The position numbers and the translations under genes were made by a program. Shown in pieces: positions 27,501-39,040 of a stretch of 53,680 nt of DNA. Source of the stretch: Perkinsus chesapeaki ATCC PRA-425 (taxonomy: Eukaryota; Protista; Perkinsozoa). The stretch lies in the NCBI GenBank assembly GCA_013115145.1, contig JAAPAO010000199.1, positions 1-53,680 of the forward strand, read 5' to 3'. How positions within the stretch are numbered: position 1 is the stretch's first letter; every line of letters begins with the position of its first letter. Under the pieces are notes generated by a model. The model saw only the letters and a list, made by a program, of their open reading frames with translations, was not told where the DNA came from and searched no databases.

Positions 27501-28558
27501 TTATAACCGTTCATGATGAATCCAATAAAAGGCTGAAAATTCATCTCATTATGAAAGGGGATCGTATTTAGAAGTAAGTAATAGAAGCTGTGGTACCAAT
27601 AGAAGGAGACAAATCACACAAACGCTGAAATCACTCGGCACCACGGTTGCTGCCTGCTTTCAGTTGCTACTAGAAGAGCAAAGGATAATTAATCGCTTAC
27701 ATGAGCTGGATGGATCAGCAACAGCAGCAGCACCGTCATCATCATCATCATTGCAAGGATCAGTTGGCCCTATAGATGGTGATGGTAAAGCTAACGCTCC
27801 CACTATACCAGACGGCTGGATGAGAAAACATAACTTGAGAAAACGTAGAGTGAATAAGGAAGTGGTAAGATTGTTGTTAGGATTACCGCTGAAGTGATCG
27901 GAATATGTCTTTATTGATATCGTCTCATCCACCCTAGTGATTTAAAGGGAACATCCGAACATCGTCAATACTATTAGGCGTGTGTTGTTTCGTAGGTGGC
28001 CGGGAAAATTGGGGACATTTCAGAAACTTTTGGTAGATTCAACAAGCGAGGAATCTGGCGAGTAGGTTTCGGTTGTTGTTATTGTTGCAAGAACACCTGT
28101 GGTTCGTTCCTCAAGATTGGTGGGAGTTGGGAGGCGGTGTCGCCTGTCATCTCTCCGCTCATAGGAATGATATTTATATCTCACGCATTTGAGGGCAACG
28201 CCGTATGAGAGGTCCGTTGTCACAAGTTGTCCCTCCCTATTACATAATCTATTCGATTATCCGACTAATCACATTTTTCTAGGTTAAAACCGAATGCACG
28301 AAGACACTCAGTGAGCAGGAGATACAATGGTGTCGAGAAGTCGACGTTTCACCGCACCACTTTGCACTCATCCGAGACGCGTTGATTCACGAAGCGTTCA
28401 ATGGGCAAAATGGTGCGAAGTCCTCTGTGGTAGGCTCTACCGCTCTTTCTTCAAATCATCGGTGGGTATAGGTACTCCGAGTGTCTCGAGCTGAACCACT
28501 GAGTCGCACTTTCAAGTTGGAAGTTTCAAGTGAAGATGGGTCCGAGCAACATAAATAG
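24503..28558 (+). CDS. ADA2: Transcriptional adapter ADA2 (SAGA), ZZ-like plus SANT plus ADA boxes
   Basis: CINC...YCGTCY, then WSVADTLALLDAVAKVGVGSWDEV...QCRSRF (SANT), then RGDFEVDYDDCAELLLADMEF and VLLAYNARLSLREQMKRYVV. 3' end uncertain. Confidence 0.85.
24692..24764 (-). pseudogene. 73-nt decayed tRNA (3' half resembles tRNA-Ala) in an ADA2 intron, antisense
   Basis: TTCGA falls at standard positions 54-58; acceptor 6/7 and T-stem 4/5 paired; D and anticodon stems unpaired; ends GAGGACCCTGGTTCGATCCCCGGTACCTCCA. Confidence 0.75.
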
Positions 28559-28699
28559 GACCACCACCTGCTGCTGCTGCTTTCTTGCACCATTCGTAAA
28601 CGTCTTTTCTGCGATAAATTAACAAGAGTCTCGAAATTGTTGTTGTGTTGGTTAATTAATATCGACGAAAGTAGCTCAGTTATCGTCGGTTATTGAATA

Positions 28700-30728
28700 A
28701 TGCAAATCAATCTTATCGAGCATCTTGTCGTATTACTATGGTCATTGGTAAGATAACTGTTGAAACCTCTTTGTTGGATCTTTTGATAGGCAATTAACCT
28801 GTCCTTCGGTAGTGAGCCAGTAAGCTACAGCGCCTTGCTGGCTGCTGATGATAATGATGCTATTGATATTGACAAGGTTTTGCAGTTCAATGGAGCAAGT
28901 GACGACGAAACCGCCCATATGAGACCTACTTCATCGATTGTAAGTGCGTCCATAATAAAAGGTTTATCCTGTAGTACAAGCTTTCTATGAGCCTGCGTTA
29001 GGCAAGTAGGACTTTCTTCCAATTAATGATGTGCCCGTGATTCCAATAGCATCGGTGTAAGTATGTTCACCGCCTTCAGGAAGTTATCGGCGGCAGCAGC
29101 AGCAGTGGGAGTCTATCTTCACTGTTGACCGATCAAGTAGGCTGCCTTTGCTGGTGTTTAGTCTGACAGGCAGAGTTGTGCTCAGGGCGGCGGAGCTACT
29201 GGCGGTGTTCATCCCTTCACGCCTGAAACATCTGATTGGCACAATCACTTCATTGAGAAGAGAATCTCAATTGACACGAGACAGGGCACGAAGATGCCGA
29301 TATCCAGAAGAAGCCCGCCAGCCCATCTCAGCTTCACGTTCAACGATATTTATCGGCTAAGGGGGAAAGGGTTGAGATACGCGGTAGGGAGCTGGCAAGT
29401 AGCTGAGGACCGTCTATTATTGAGGTTGTGCCATTCAGCTCGCTGTGCCGAACATGACCTATACAACTGAAGGCGATGGAGCAGTGGAGGTGAGTGAATA
29501 AGTTATAGACAAAACTGATTCATGTGTGCGAGTTTGACTGGCATCGCTGATGATCCGTCTGGATTCATTCATGGAATAAATGTCGACCATTTGCCAGGTT
29601 CGACAAGCCCAAAGAATGTGTGGTAGGAGTACAAAGCAACGCGGCAGCGGCTCCTCTGTAAGACGGCCCGCACCCGATTGCCACCAGAGTGCCATTTTAG
29701 ATTGTCATGTGTGATATTGAAGTGTTGAGCCCACCGACTGCTTCTATCAAGGATGGTTTACCGACTATAACACTGAAGGCCAAATCGGTGCCGAAGAAAT
29801 ACAATATTCCATTGAAGGGGAGCCATTCTATTACGTTGACAGTTGATCTGATTTATGATCAAAGTCCCGCCGCTTATGGCACATTCATATCTGATGCACT
29901 TCGACTGGAAGAGGAATATAAGGTAGTTTTACAGCTATCTTTGCAATAGTGGTGATCCGTTATTAAGGCCACTTATGTGCTTAAAAAGCCCGTTGGCCGT
30001 ATTTTACAAGGTATCAAAGATCTTAAGGCACCATGGTGGTTTAGGCCTGATACTGAGGTACGGAGTATGCCCGGGTGATGCATTGCTCATTCTTTCATTC
30101 AGGGCGATACTCCCATAATTGATCAACTGTACAAGTCGCCTGCCCGCAGTCTCAAGCTTCATGGATTTGTGAGAAATAGAGGAAAGGAGAATTGAATAAT
30201 TTGAATTTAGGACGTGCTCAGTCAGCGAGGGGTCGAAGTTGACACTATCAAAAATGTCGAGATTCATTCGATGGCTTGCGTACCGTTCACATCACAGTCA
30301 GATGAAAGAATGTACTTCACCGCAGTCAGTGAGTTCGAGATCGTCGGCGGCGTCCATAGAGTTTTGCTTTCCAGCTGCGGATATCGGCGGCAGTACTTTG
30401 GACTTGCCGATGGAGTTGTATATGGTCCAGTATAACGTCCCAGAAGAGACATGTCGAGCCGTAGTGGGAATGATGCGGTTGTTCCCCACTTATCATACGG
30501 TGAGCCCTCATCACTTTGGATTCCTCTGAGATGATTCTTTAGGACTTTGCCAACACCGAAGCTGCTGTGCTGAATGATGGAAACAAGAAGATAATGCTCG
30601 AGTTGACCAAGTTTGTTGGGTCAAAGTCGTTCGATCGTCAAGATGATAAAGTTATATTGATACCGAGAATAGTACCGTTCCATCCCTTGGCCGCTCCACA
30701 GATGCGACGAAAATCCACTGCCGTATAA
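28700..30728 (+). CDS. Secreted hypothetical protein, tandem paralog A (multi-exon)
   Basis: Signal exon MQINLIEHLVVLLWSL; exons HPFTPETSDWH...TFNDIY..GLRYA, YGTFISDALRLEEEYK, APWWF, ACVPFTS, VQYNVPEETCRAVVGMMRLFPTYH all match paralog B. Confidence 0.75.
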
Positions 30729-30780
30729 GTATACATCTCACATCGCGGGCTTTGCTGGAGATGATATCAATTTTATTAAT

Positions 30781-30990
30781 GTTACCTTTATTATGTCTAT
30801 GTGTATGGATGTTACCTTTATTATGTCTATGTGTATGCATGTTATCTTTATTATGTCTATGTGTATGGATGTTACCTTTATTATGTCTATGTGTATGGAT
30901 GCTATCTTTATTATGTTTATGTGTATGGATGCTATCTTTATTATGTCTATGTGTATGGATGCTATCTTCATTATGTCTATGTGTATGGAT
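30781..30990. repeat. 30-bp minisatellite, 7 copies, 3' flank of paralog A
   Basis: G(T/C)TA(C/T)CTTTATTATGTCTATGTGTATGGAT units at 30-nt period. Confidence 0.95.
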
Positions 30991-31348
30991 GTTATCTTTT
31001 GTTGTTGTTGATGTCTTTTATATTATTATTGTGTTTGTTAATATTTTACTTATTCGGGAAGTGTGATGTTTACAACTCAAACGAGCCAACCATGCGGCGC
31101 CGCCGACACAAAACCTGTCCCCAGAGGGTGTCAGTTAAAGCATCTTGCTGTCGCAGTAAAATCGGACGAAAATGAACTTGGCCTCGACGCCGGCGCCCTC
31201 AATCGACCAATTGTTGGGCAGTTGAGTGAGCGAAATGAAGTTACGGCAGTTACGGAATCAGGGTCAGCGAACCGATTAGGAATTTGACATTGTTGTTGTG
31301 TTGGTTAACTCAACTCGATGGTAGCTCAGTGTTATCGGGTATTGAATA

Positions 31349-33375
31349 ATGCGAATCAATCTTATTGAGCATCTTGTCGTATTAATATGGTCATTGGTAA
31401 GATAATTGTTGAAACCTCTTTGTTGGATCTTTTGATAGGCCATTAACCTCTCACTCGGTAGTCAGCCACTCACAAATTATGCACCTGATGAGATAGGGCT
31501 TGATATTGGACCTGAACAGAGACTACCGAGTAACAGTAACACCATTAGGATCAGAAGTCACATATCAGGAGTAAGCACACTCCTCGAAATGAGCAGGGTT
31601 AACATGTTGGAGGAATGGTTCAATTCCCACTGAGTTCAATTGCTGAAGCAACACTGACTTATATCGCCTGCTTTTACTCTATACTGATGATGATAAACAT
31701 TTCACTAGTTCGACGGAACTAATGTCATCACACATGCGGTGGAACAAACTTCTTGTGAGTGTGTATCATTTCAGATGGGTGTTCGTGGCAAGCACGGTGG
31801 AAGTCGCACCTCATTGTCTAGTCTAGGATCTGTAAGTCCCGATGACTCACTAGTCCGATTGATGGTGATTGACAGGATGACAGCTCTACTAGTAGCTCTA
31901 TCCATCCATTCACACCTGGAACGTCTGGCTGGCACGGCCATCTCGCCGAGAGAAGACTAACTATCGGTAGCAAGGATAGCTACACCTTCAATGATCTTGT
32001 ACGCACCTATGACAATGGGGGCCTGAGATTCGCGGTAGGCTATCAGCAGCAGCAGCAGACCGTATAGAATTTACGCTCTCAATTCTAGATTAGCGTCCCG
32101 GAAGTAGAATATACCACTAAGGGAGCCGGAGCCGAGGAAGTAAGGCGCATGAATAGTCTTAGGGGAGTGTTGAACATCTGGAGCTGCACAGGTCAGAGCT
32201 GCACGACATAGCTGTGGTTTGGGAGGAGATCGACGGGCTAGTGGATCTTTAGTGAGGCGGCCTTACCAGACTGAGGTTTCGTAGTGATCGTGTTTTCAAG
32301 ATCAACATGTGCACGTTTGGTGTGAAGAGTCCACCAAAAGCTACCATGAAGAATGGTAGCTCACCGACTATAACATTAGAAGGAGTATCGATCCCATTAA
32401 AGGATTCCCCAACTCGTCCGATTGCACTGAAAGTTGAGCTCATCTATGATAGCAGCGATATTGCTTACGGTGCCTTTGTCTCCGATGCACTCAAACTCGA
32501 GGAAATATATAAGGTTTTTTAACAAATACTAGCCCACTGCTTATGGGTGTATCATTTACAAGGCCAAGGTCGCGCAAGGTGGTCCTTCCGAAACAAATGA
32601 CCGTATCCTGGAGAGCATAGGGGCAACTGGAGCTCTTAGAGCTCCTTGGTGGCTCACTCCTCGAAGTGGCAAAGTGCGAGCTATACGTTGGTTTCTATTA
32701 CACTCTGATTTGTCAGGAGAGCAGCGCTCTTTCTATGATTGATCAACTCTATTTGCCGACGCTTCTCGACATAGAGATTTTTGCATTGGTAGAAATAATG
32801 TTACGATTCTAATCTTAATTTCGAAATTCAGGATATTGTTAATAAAGGAATTGTCCCCCTTGAGTTTCTCGACAACGAGATTGTCAACCATTTCGCTTGC
32901 ATCCCGTTCACGTCCGACGAAGGTCGAGAGATGTTTTTCACCCCAATGAGTAGGGCTCACCAGCAATACTGATATTAAATAACCCTTCTATTGTAGCTGC
33001 CAAAATTGAAGGTGACATCATCGACATAGACAGAAGCCTCTTCGCGGTCCAGTATGGTGTCTCAGAGGCTCAATGTCGAGCCTTCATGGGGCTTATAATA
33101 TTGTTCCCAACTTTCCACTCGGTAAGACCGCGCACTTGTAGGTATTGTGTGGAGGCGTTGGTGTTGTCATCATCCAGGACTATGTTGGTACATCAGCTGC
33201 GGAAGCAAATGATAAATACAAGAAGATGATGAAGATATGGACTAGACTCACTGTTCCGATGGTTCGTAGTGGCCCAGATGACAGGGTTATATTACTTCCG
33301 CAAGTGCCACCGTTTATCGGAAAGAAGAGTGCGGAAAAAGATTTTGGCATCAAGCGATCAGAAGTAGCGAAATGA
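31349..33375 (+). CDS. Secreted hypothetical protein, tandem paralog B (multi-exon)
   Basis: Signal exon MRINLIEHLVVLIWSL; HPFTPGTSGWH (with synonymous changes relative to A), YGAFVSDALKLEEIYK, APWWL, ACIPFTS, VQYGVSEAQCRAFMGLIILFPTFH. Confidence 0.75.
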
Positions 33376-33435
33376 TGATGCACGGGCTTTACTGATTAGC
33401 CGTGATTAATATATATTAACATCAGTCTTATTAAT

Positions 33436-33495
33436 GTTACCTTTATTATGTCTATATGTATGGATGCTATCTTTATTATGTCTATGTGTATGGAT
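33436..33495. repeat. Same 30-bp minisatellite, 2 copies, 3' flank of paralog B
   Basis: Two units followed by 59 nt identical to 30991-31049. Confidence 0.95.
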
Positions 33496-33656
33496 GTTAT
33501 CTTTTGTTGTTGTTGATGTCTTTTATATTATTATTGTGTTTGTTAATATTTTACCCATTCAAGTGAGCACCCGGTGACCTCTCGTTAAGTGTACTGTCTA
33601 TAACTCAAATGAGGCCACCAGGCGCCCCCGACACAAAACCTGTCCCCAAAAGCAAA

Positions 33657-34223
33657 ATGAAGTTACCTCACTACTTCATTTTCGCATTTATCATTGTTAT
33701 ATCAAACGAGGTAAAAGTAGCCTATAATTACGCTTACGGTGGCATCGATTCGTTCAGCTGGCTGACGGAAATAAAGTTTCGGTGTTGAACCGATTCACTG
33801 AGATAGAGAAGCATGGTATACATGTGTCATTTCAAGAATGGGAGACCGAGAAGTCATATCCTCATCAAGTTAAAGTAGCAGCAGGCGGCTGCACTACACT
33901 TGGCGAGGGATGATGTCTGCTGCTCTTTTCAGTTGAAGTATATTGAAGTATATGAGTAACATCATCACCTTAATACTTTTGCACTTTGTTGATGAGATTA
34001 TGACGTAACTCAGCCGCCGCCATTAGCCGTCATAAATAATGGAGACAACAAGGATAAGTTTACACCTACTCATCGATTCCATCTCAGATTTATTGGCACA
34101 CCTGAGAAGAGCGATTGAAAATGTGCCCATCAGGTTCGTAAGCTTCAAGAGCTGTGTGGTAAGGACGTTGCTCGACCACAAGATGAGGCTGCTAGGTCGG
34201 AGGTGAGCAAGGGAAGGCCATAA
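33657..34223 (+). CDS. Hypothetical secreted protein, multi-exon
   Basis: MKLPHYFIFAFIIVISNE then a donor GT; next exon LADGNKVSVLNRFTEIEKH. End is a guess. Confidence 0.4.
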
Positions 34224-34540
34224 AGAAAAGATACCTATTGTCCGTCCGATCGGCGATCATTGATCGATTTCGTTAGTAGTGACAATCAAACATGTAACTC
34301 ATACTTACGTGAGATATTTTGATTTTGTCCGATAGAAGCGTATCTTTCTATTCGTTAAACTGGAGGAGTATGCTACTATACGATATATAGTCAAATAGCC
34401 TAGAGTGGTGATTTTGATAATAGGGGGTTTAGATTAATTGATTATTTAGAATTAGATATAACTTTATATCATACCTAGTTCATTTAGGGCCTTTTCCGGG
34501 TCTGCTGGATAAATTTGGACGTACAATATAAAATTGCCAG

Positions 34541-34883
34541 GTGGAACTTTGCGAGGTCGGGATTAAAACACCACCAGTATGCGAACAAGACAACGAGGGC
34601 AACTGGGTTATTACCATGGCGGCTGCAGTGACCGGGATGAAGAAAAAAGGAGGCAGTCCGAGCGTGCGATTAAGCTACAAGTATCAGAAGAATGGAGGAG
34701 AGCAGGAGTTCGTCTCACATTTCGTTGCCTTATGGACCGCTTACCATGTGAGAGATGGATTTGCGAAGTTATGTTGGAATGATTCTTTTTCAGGCGAAAA
34801 AAGGGAAAAATAAGAATATGCCCATCCCGGAGAACTACGGAAAAATCCTGAGGAGTGCTGGATACGACCAAGAAACGAAACAC
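34541..34883 (+). CDS. Coding exons of a hypothetical protein, possibly a distant member of the beta-rich module family
   Basis: AG-preceded open frame VELCEVGIKT...GNWVITM...WTAYH, then AKKGKNKNMPIPENYGKILRSAG ending at GTAGG. Confidence 0.4.
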
Positions 34884-36539
34884 GTAGGGAATACGGATTA
34901 CGAATTCGGTGGAGCTTGTCTCTTCTTTATCAGATCGACTTGAGTGATAAGGGACTTACAGTGGAGGTTGGTGTTAAGGGGGGTGTGAGGGGAAACAATG
35001 TGTTGTTTAGTTCCATGAAAGAGGAGGAGTGGCAAGCATGAGAGGCAAGAAAATGCAGGTAAGGCGAACTGGCACTTAAAAGAATATCTAGACGACACTT
35101 AAAAACACTACAGCATCAATTTTGGAATTTACTTTAATGAATATCGGTATTTAATTTTTAGCTTTATTATATTGTTTTAAAATGACGTCGTCTATTTCCA
35201 TAAGACTTTTTACTTATCCGTTTGCCGACTATCATCTCTTTTAGGTGATGTGGTACGAGCCTGAAACGAAGACTATCGGGTGCAAAGACAACAAAGTAAG
35301 CTGTATAAAGCTCCGAGCAATTGAGCTCAAGTGGATCGAATGGGCGGCGCGCTACTGCTCTAGTTCGCTGGTATTGACTAAAGTTTCGTCCATATTCTCA
35401 GCAAGGGCAATGTTGAATAGAATAATTCCGTTAAATTGAGTTGTATCATAACCATAATCTTCATGTAGGGCGTTGGTATTCCTATAGCCTTTCATATGTA
35501 GTTTTAAACGCAACAATGTTTACTATATGAATTTTCTGGTACAATAATTCTATTTCCTTTATTATACCCATGCTCCTTGCCTAGGATGGCGGTAGTGGTA
35601 CGGTAGAGATAACCGGTGTTACGATACAGAGAGGAGCGTGCAAGAGGGAGGAGTCACCTGGGAAGTTCTCATCAGAATCACGTTGACGAATAGCACAAGA
35701 TAAGCAGTTGATCATCAGGCGGCTTCGTCGACAAGAGACAAGTCAAGTTCAACTTCGTTTTTAAGAAGAAAAACAGCGCAAGCGGTGGCACTTGCCGGGA
35801 TGCGATCGAGACCATAAGCTCGTTTGTCCACTTTGACGTACGTGCGCTCTGGTAGATATTTTCCAATTTATTCTGGTAGGAGGATATCATTGAAGGAGTT
35901 GCGGACCTGTTCAATCCGGAATCGAATTTGGTCAGAACTTCAAAATGACAGTTCCGCTTTGCTTCGATTTTTATTGTTCAGAATAAAGGCGTTCGAGATG
36001 GTGATGGTCAAGAGAAGGGCGAATTCAAAGTGAGAAAGAAATCATAGAGAAGCTCTGAGAAGCTCATCAATCTAGGCATATATTTCGATCGGCGCCAAGG
36101 CTCCGATCGACAAAGGCTTCGCGGCCAGAAAGTCGACACCTAAAAGGAACACAGAACGTGTTGCCGATATTGACTTGTCGAAGGGCACCATCAAAACCGA
36201 TCTCTTTCCTCATCAACCAGCGAGTGTTGAAATTGTGCCTGGCACTTGGAAGGATAACAAGGAGTGAGCATTGTCGGGTGTGGTGGGGATGATAACTTTG
36301 GATATGACCGAGTAGAGGATATATAGAGGCACATCCAACGTTAACTGTGCAAGATATGCTGGAAGCCAAGATTGCTGCTTCTGATGTTCTTGTGCTTTGT
36401 TTTCCAGCTTTATATACCCGACTTTGTGTGGATGAATAATTCTTCTATCATGTCTTGTGTATCATAGCCTCGTGACATCGAAATTAGGAATACGATGTGA
36501 AGTAGTCGAAGTCACATTAGTATTTGGTTTGGAGAATGC

Positions 36540-37010
36540 AGAAAAGTATAAAGTCTTCTATGTTACTGCATCGTTTCAGCGCGGTGCGCTGAGGAGTTCG
36601 CGCGCAAAGATATCTATAGGCAGTCATGAAACGGTCGATCGATTTAGTGCAGTATTCTTTGTGTTTGTCACGGTGCATTACTGAGTTATAGATCGGACCT
36701 ATACGGTGTATTCAATTTTATTGCGTCGGACTGTCTATTTGAGAATAGCATAGATGAGTGAGTAGCTGTTGAACGTCGATATTTGTTGTAAGGTCCTTGG
36801 TTGGTAAAGTGAAGGTAACATACGGCAAGAAGAAGGGTGGCGCACTGGAACAAGAAGTTATCTTGAAGTTGAAGAACGCTGATTCGAAGACACGAGGAAA
36901 AATGCTGGAAGCCATGGGGCTGGAGAATGCTCATGTCGGAGAAGTGGACACAACAGACGACAGTTCCTTCGCGACAGCCTCCCATGCTGGGCATACAAGT
37001 GCTGAGGTGA
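36540..37010 (+). CDS. Beta-rich module family member (C-terminal half clear)
   Basis: SLVGKVKVTYGKKKGGALEQEVILKL matches FNGVIVTYGEHVVEQEVRIDL at 43680; both follow a phase-2 intron. Confidence 0.5.
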
Positions 37011-37472
37011 GGAGACACTGAAGAAGTGTGTTGGTACGTTGAAGTAGGTCATATCCTCCGTAAAAGAGGAGCCTATTAAAAGGGAGGACGTTCCAGTCAC
37101 TGGTCTTCCGTCTGCAAAGCTATGATGTAAGCCCTCGTGATCTCTGCCGTCTGCTTCTCGAAACCGTTTGATAAGCTTACTGCAGCGCCGTCGGCTGAAA
37201 TAGTTCTGAGAGAAGAGTAAATTATCTTATCGAAGTCTTCGTTTGCATCACTGAAAGCAGCTGAAGTGGCCATTCACCTTCGTTGCAGCTACTGGGAAAA
37301 TGAGACAAAGGAATAATTATTGAGGGCAATTTCGAATTAGTTGCGCGGAACACATATGGGGTACATTCTACCACTTTAAGTGAATGCGTGAAATGCCTAC
37401 CCGGAAACATTTTTCGAACAAGACTTCTCGAATGTCTACTGTTTTCTACGATCCGGTCGCTTTGTTGCACAG

Positions 37473-37793
37473 GTTAATTTCAAAGTAACTAAGAAGGATG
37501 CGGCGAAAGTCCTCGGGGACGAGAAAAAGATAAAGAAATATTTTTTCAAGACGGACCTTCCGACCCCGTCGAAGATTCGTTCTGACGGCACAATTGATAC
37601 CGATGTTATCATTAAGGAAGGAAAGATGCGCCCGAGGGTTGTTGTGGTGCCTGGAAAGGCAAACTGGCAACTCAACGACCACAGCGCTGTCGGACCGGTG
37701 AGGATTTGGAAAGATGAGAAACAGTACAAGGAATTTACGGCGACACTGCAGTTCCCTCATACACCAAAAAGCACCTTTGAACGTATCTTTGAG
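37473..37793 (+). CDS. Beta-rich module exon (107 codons, phase 0-0)
   Basis: VNFKVTKKD...IRSDGTIDTDVI...GKANWQL..SAVGPVRI...TLQFP...RIFE between AG and GT. Confidence 0.7.
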
Positions 37794-38410
37794 GTAGAAA
37801 AATCTCTACAGTGCGCAAGCTCAAGAATCTATTTTTCAGGGTGTCAATCAGGAAAAGGAAACCGTGCAGAATTTGGTAGCTTTGTATGCGAACCCCGCGC
37901 AAGTATCTTTGATTTAGGGGAGTCGTCCGGCACCTTTGCCAACAGCTCCGAAGCCACCGCCTCAGACGATTATTTCAAGAGAAGTAAGATATAATAATAT
38001 TATATTGAATGAACCATTGATAGACTACTTTAAATCAAATTTACTATAATCGATGTGTTTCATCTCTTAATACTTTTACAATATTATAGTCTTTGAATTA
38101 TTAAGTGTATCTGGTTCGCCATGAATTTCTCGCACTTTCTAGCATTAACTAGATCATAGCTAATAGTTTATTCTCGCTGTCAAGTGTTGCCGCTATACAC
38201 CATTTATACAGCCTTGAAGGTGGACAATAGAGATATCTTGGGATTTTCTCTCTTGTGCGGAATTGCGCGAGCTATTGAGACATATTCTTCATTTCAAATA
38301 GTGACTTCGAGTATCCTCTCATACTCCTTTCTTTTCAGGGAGATGTCACTAACCATCAGGTGAAGTCACGAAGCCCTTTTGCCGATGGTAATCGTGAAGA
38401 TATCTTTCAG

Positions 38411-38692
38411 GTTGAATTACAAATACCAGCGAAGGCGCAGGTCCCCGAAGGTTTGGTCATCAATCCGAAAAAAGGAAAGAAATTCAAAGCCACACTCACT
38501 TCTACTGGAGACCTAATCTGTGACGAGTTGTTCCCTGAGGGTCAAAAAGTTCAAGTTAAACCATTCAAGTGGCAAATCCGTGGGATTATGGCCAGTGGTA
38601 AAGCTACTGTTGATGACGATAAGGATGTCGATGTCAATATTTACTTTGGGAAGATGAAGAGCTTACCTAAGGAGATTCAGACCATTTTAAAT
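38411..38692 (+). CDS. Beta-rich module exon (94 codons, phase 0-0)
   Basis: VELQIPAKAQVPEGL...LTSTGDLICDELFP...KWQIRGIMASGKATV..DVDVNIYF..SLPKEIQTILN then GTAAGA. Confidence 0.75.
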
Positions 38693-38807
38693 GTAAGAGG
38701 AAGACATCCTCCGATTTTAGTGACTTGGTGGCGTTCTGTAAACGTTTCTTCACCGGCTGAGTATGAGCAGCAACACGATCGAAAAGCAGCTCCTTTTAGC
38801 ACATAAC

Positions 38808-38891
38808 CGCTCAGTCTGGTTTGGTCCAAACCAGACTGAGCGTTACCAAACCAAAGTTAGTAATCCAAACCGTTTGGATTACTAACTTTGG
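38808..38891. other. Two adjacent perfect inverted repeats (17-bp and 20-bp arms, 1-nt centres)
   Basis: CGCTCAGTCTGGTTTGG-T-CCAAACCAGACTGAGCG (38808-38842) and CCAAAGTTAGTAATCCAAAC-C-GTTTGGATTACTAACTTTGG (38851-38891). Confidence 0.95.
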
Positions 38892-39040
38892 AATAACTAA
38901 GTTTCGATCGCTATGGAAGTGAAGAGATAGTCCTTTGCGTATGTTTACGGCTCATGAGTATTGGACAATCTACGAGGTCTCCTCGGCTATAGTGCGGTTT
39001 GCGTAGTGCATGCATTATACAGTGTAGATGACACTTCCAA

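Noticed and set aside
30652-31175. Cys/Tyr/Val-rich repetitive ORFs in several frames
   Set aside because: By-products of the 30-bp minisatellite lying 3' of paralog A.
39007-39014. TGCATGCA, an apicomplexan AP2 motif (also at 52701-52708)
   Set aside because: Two hits of an 8-mer in 54 kb is near chance.
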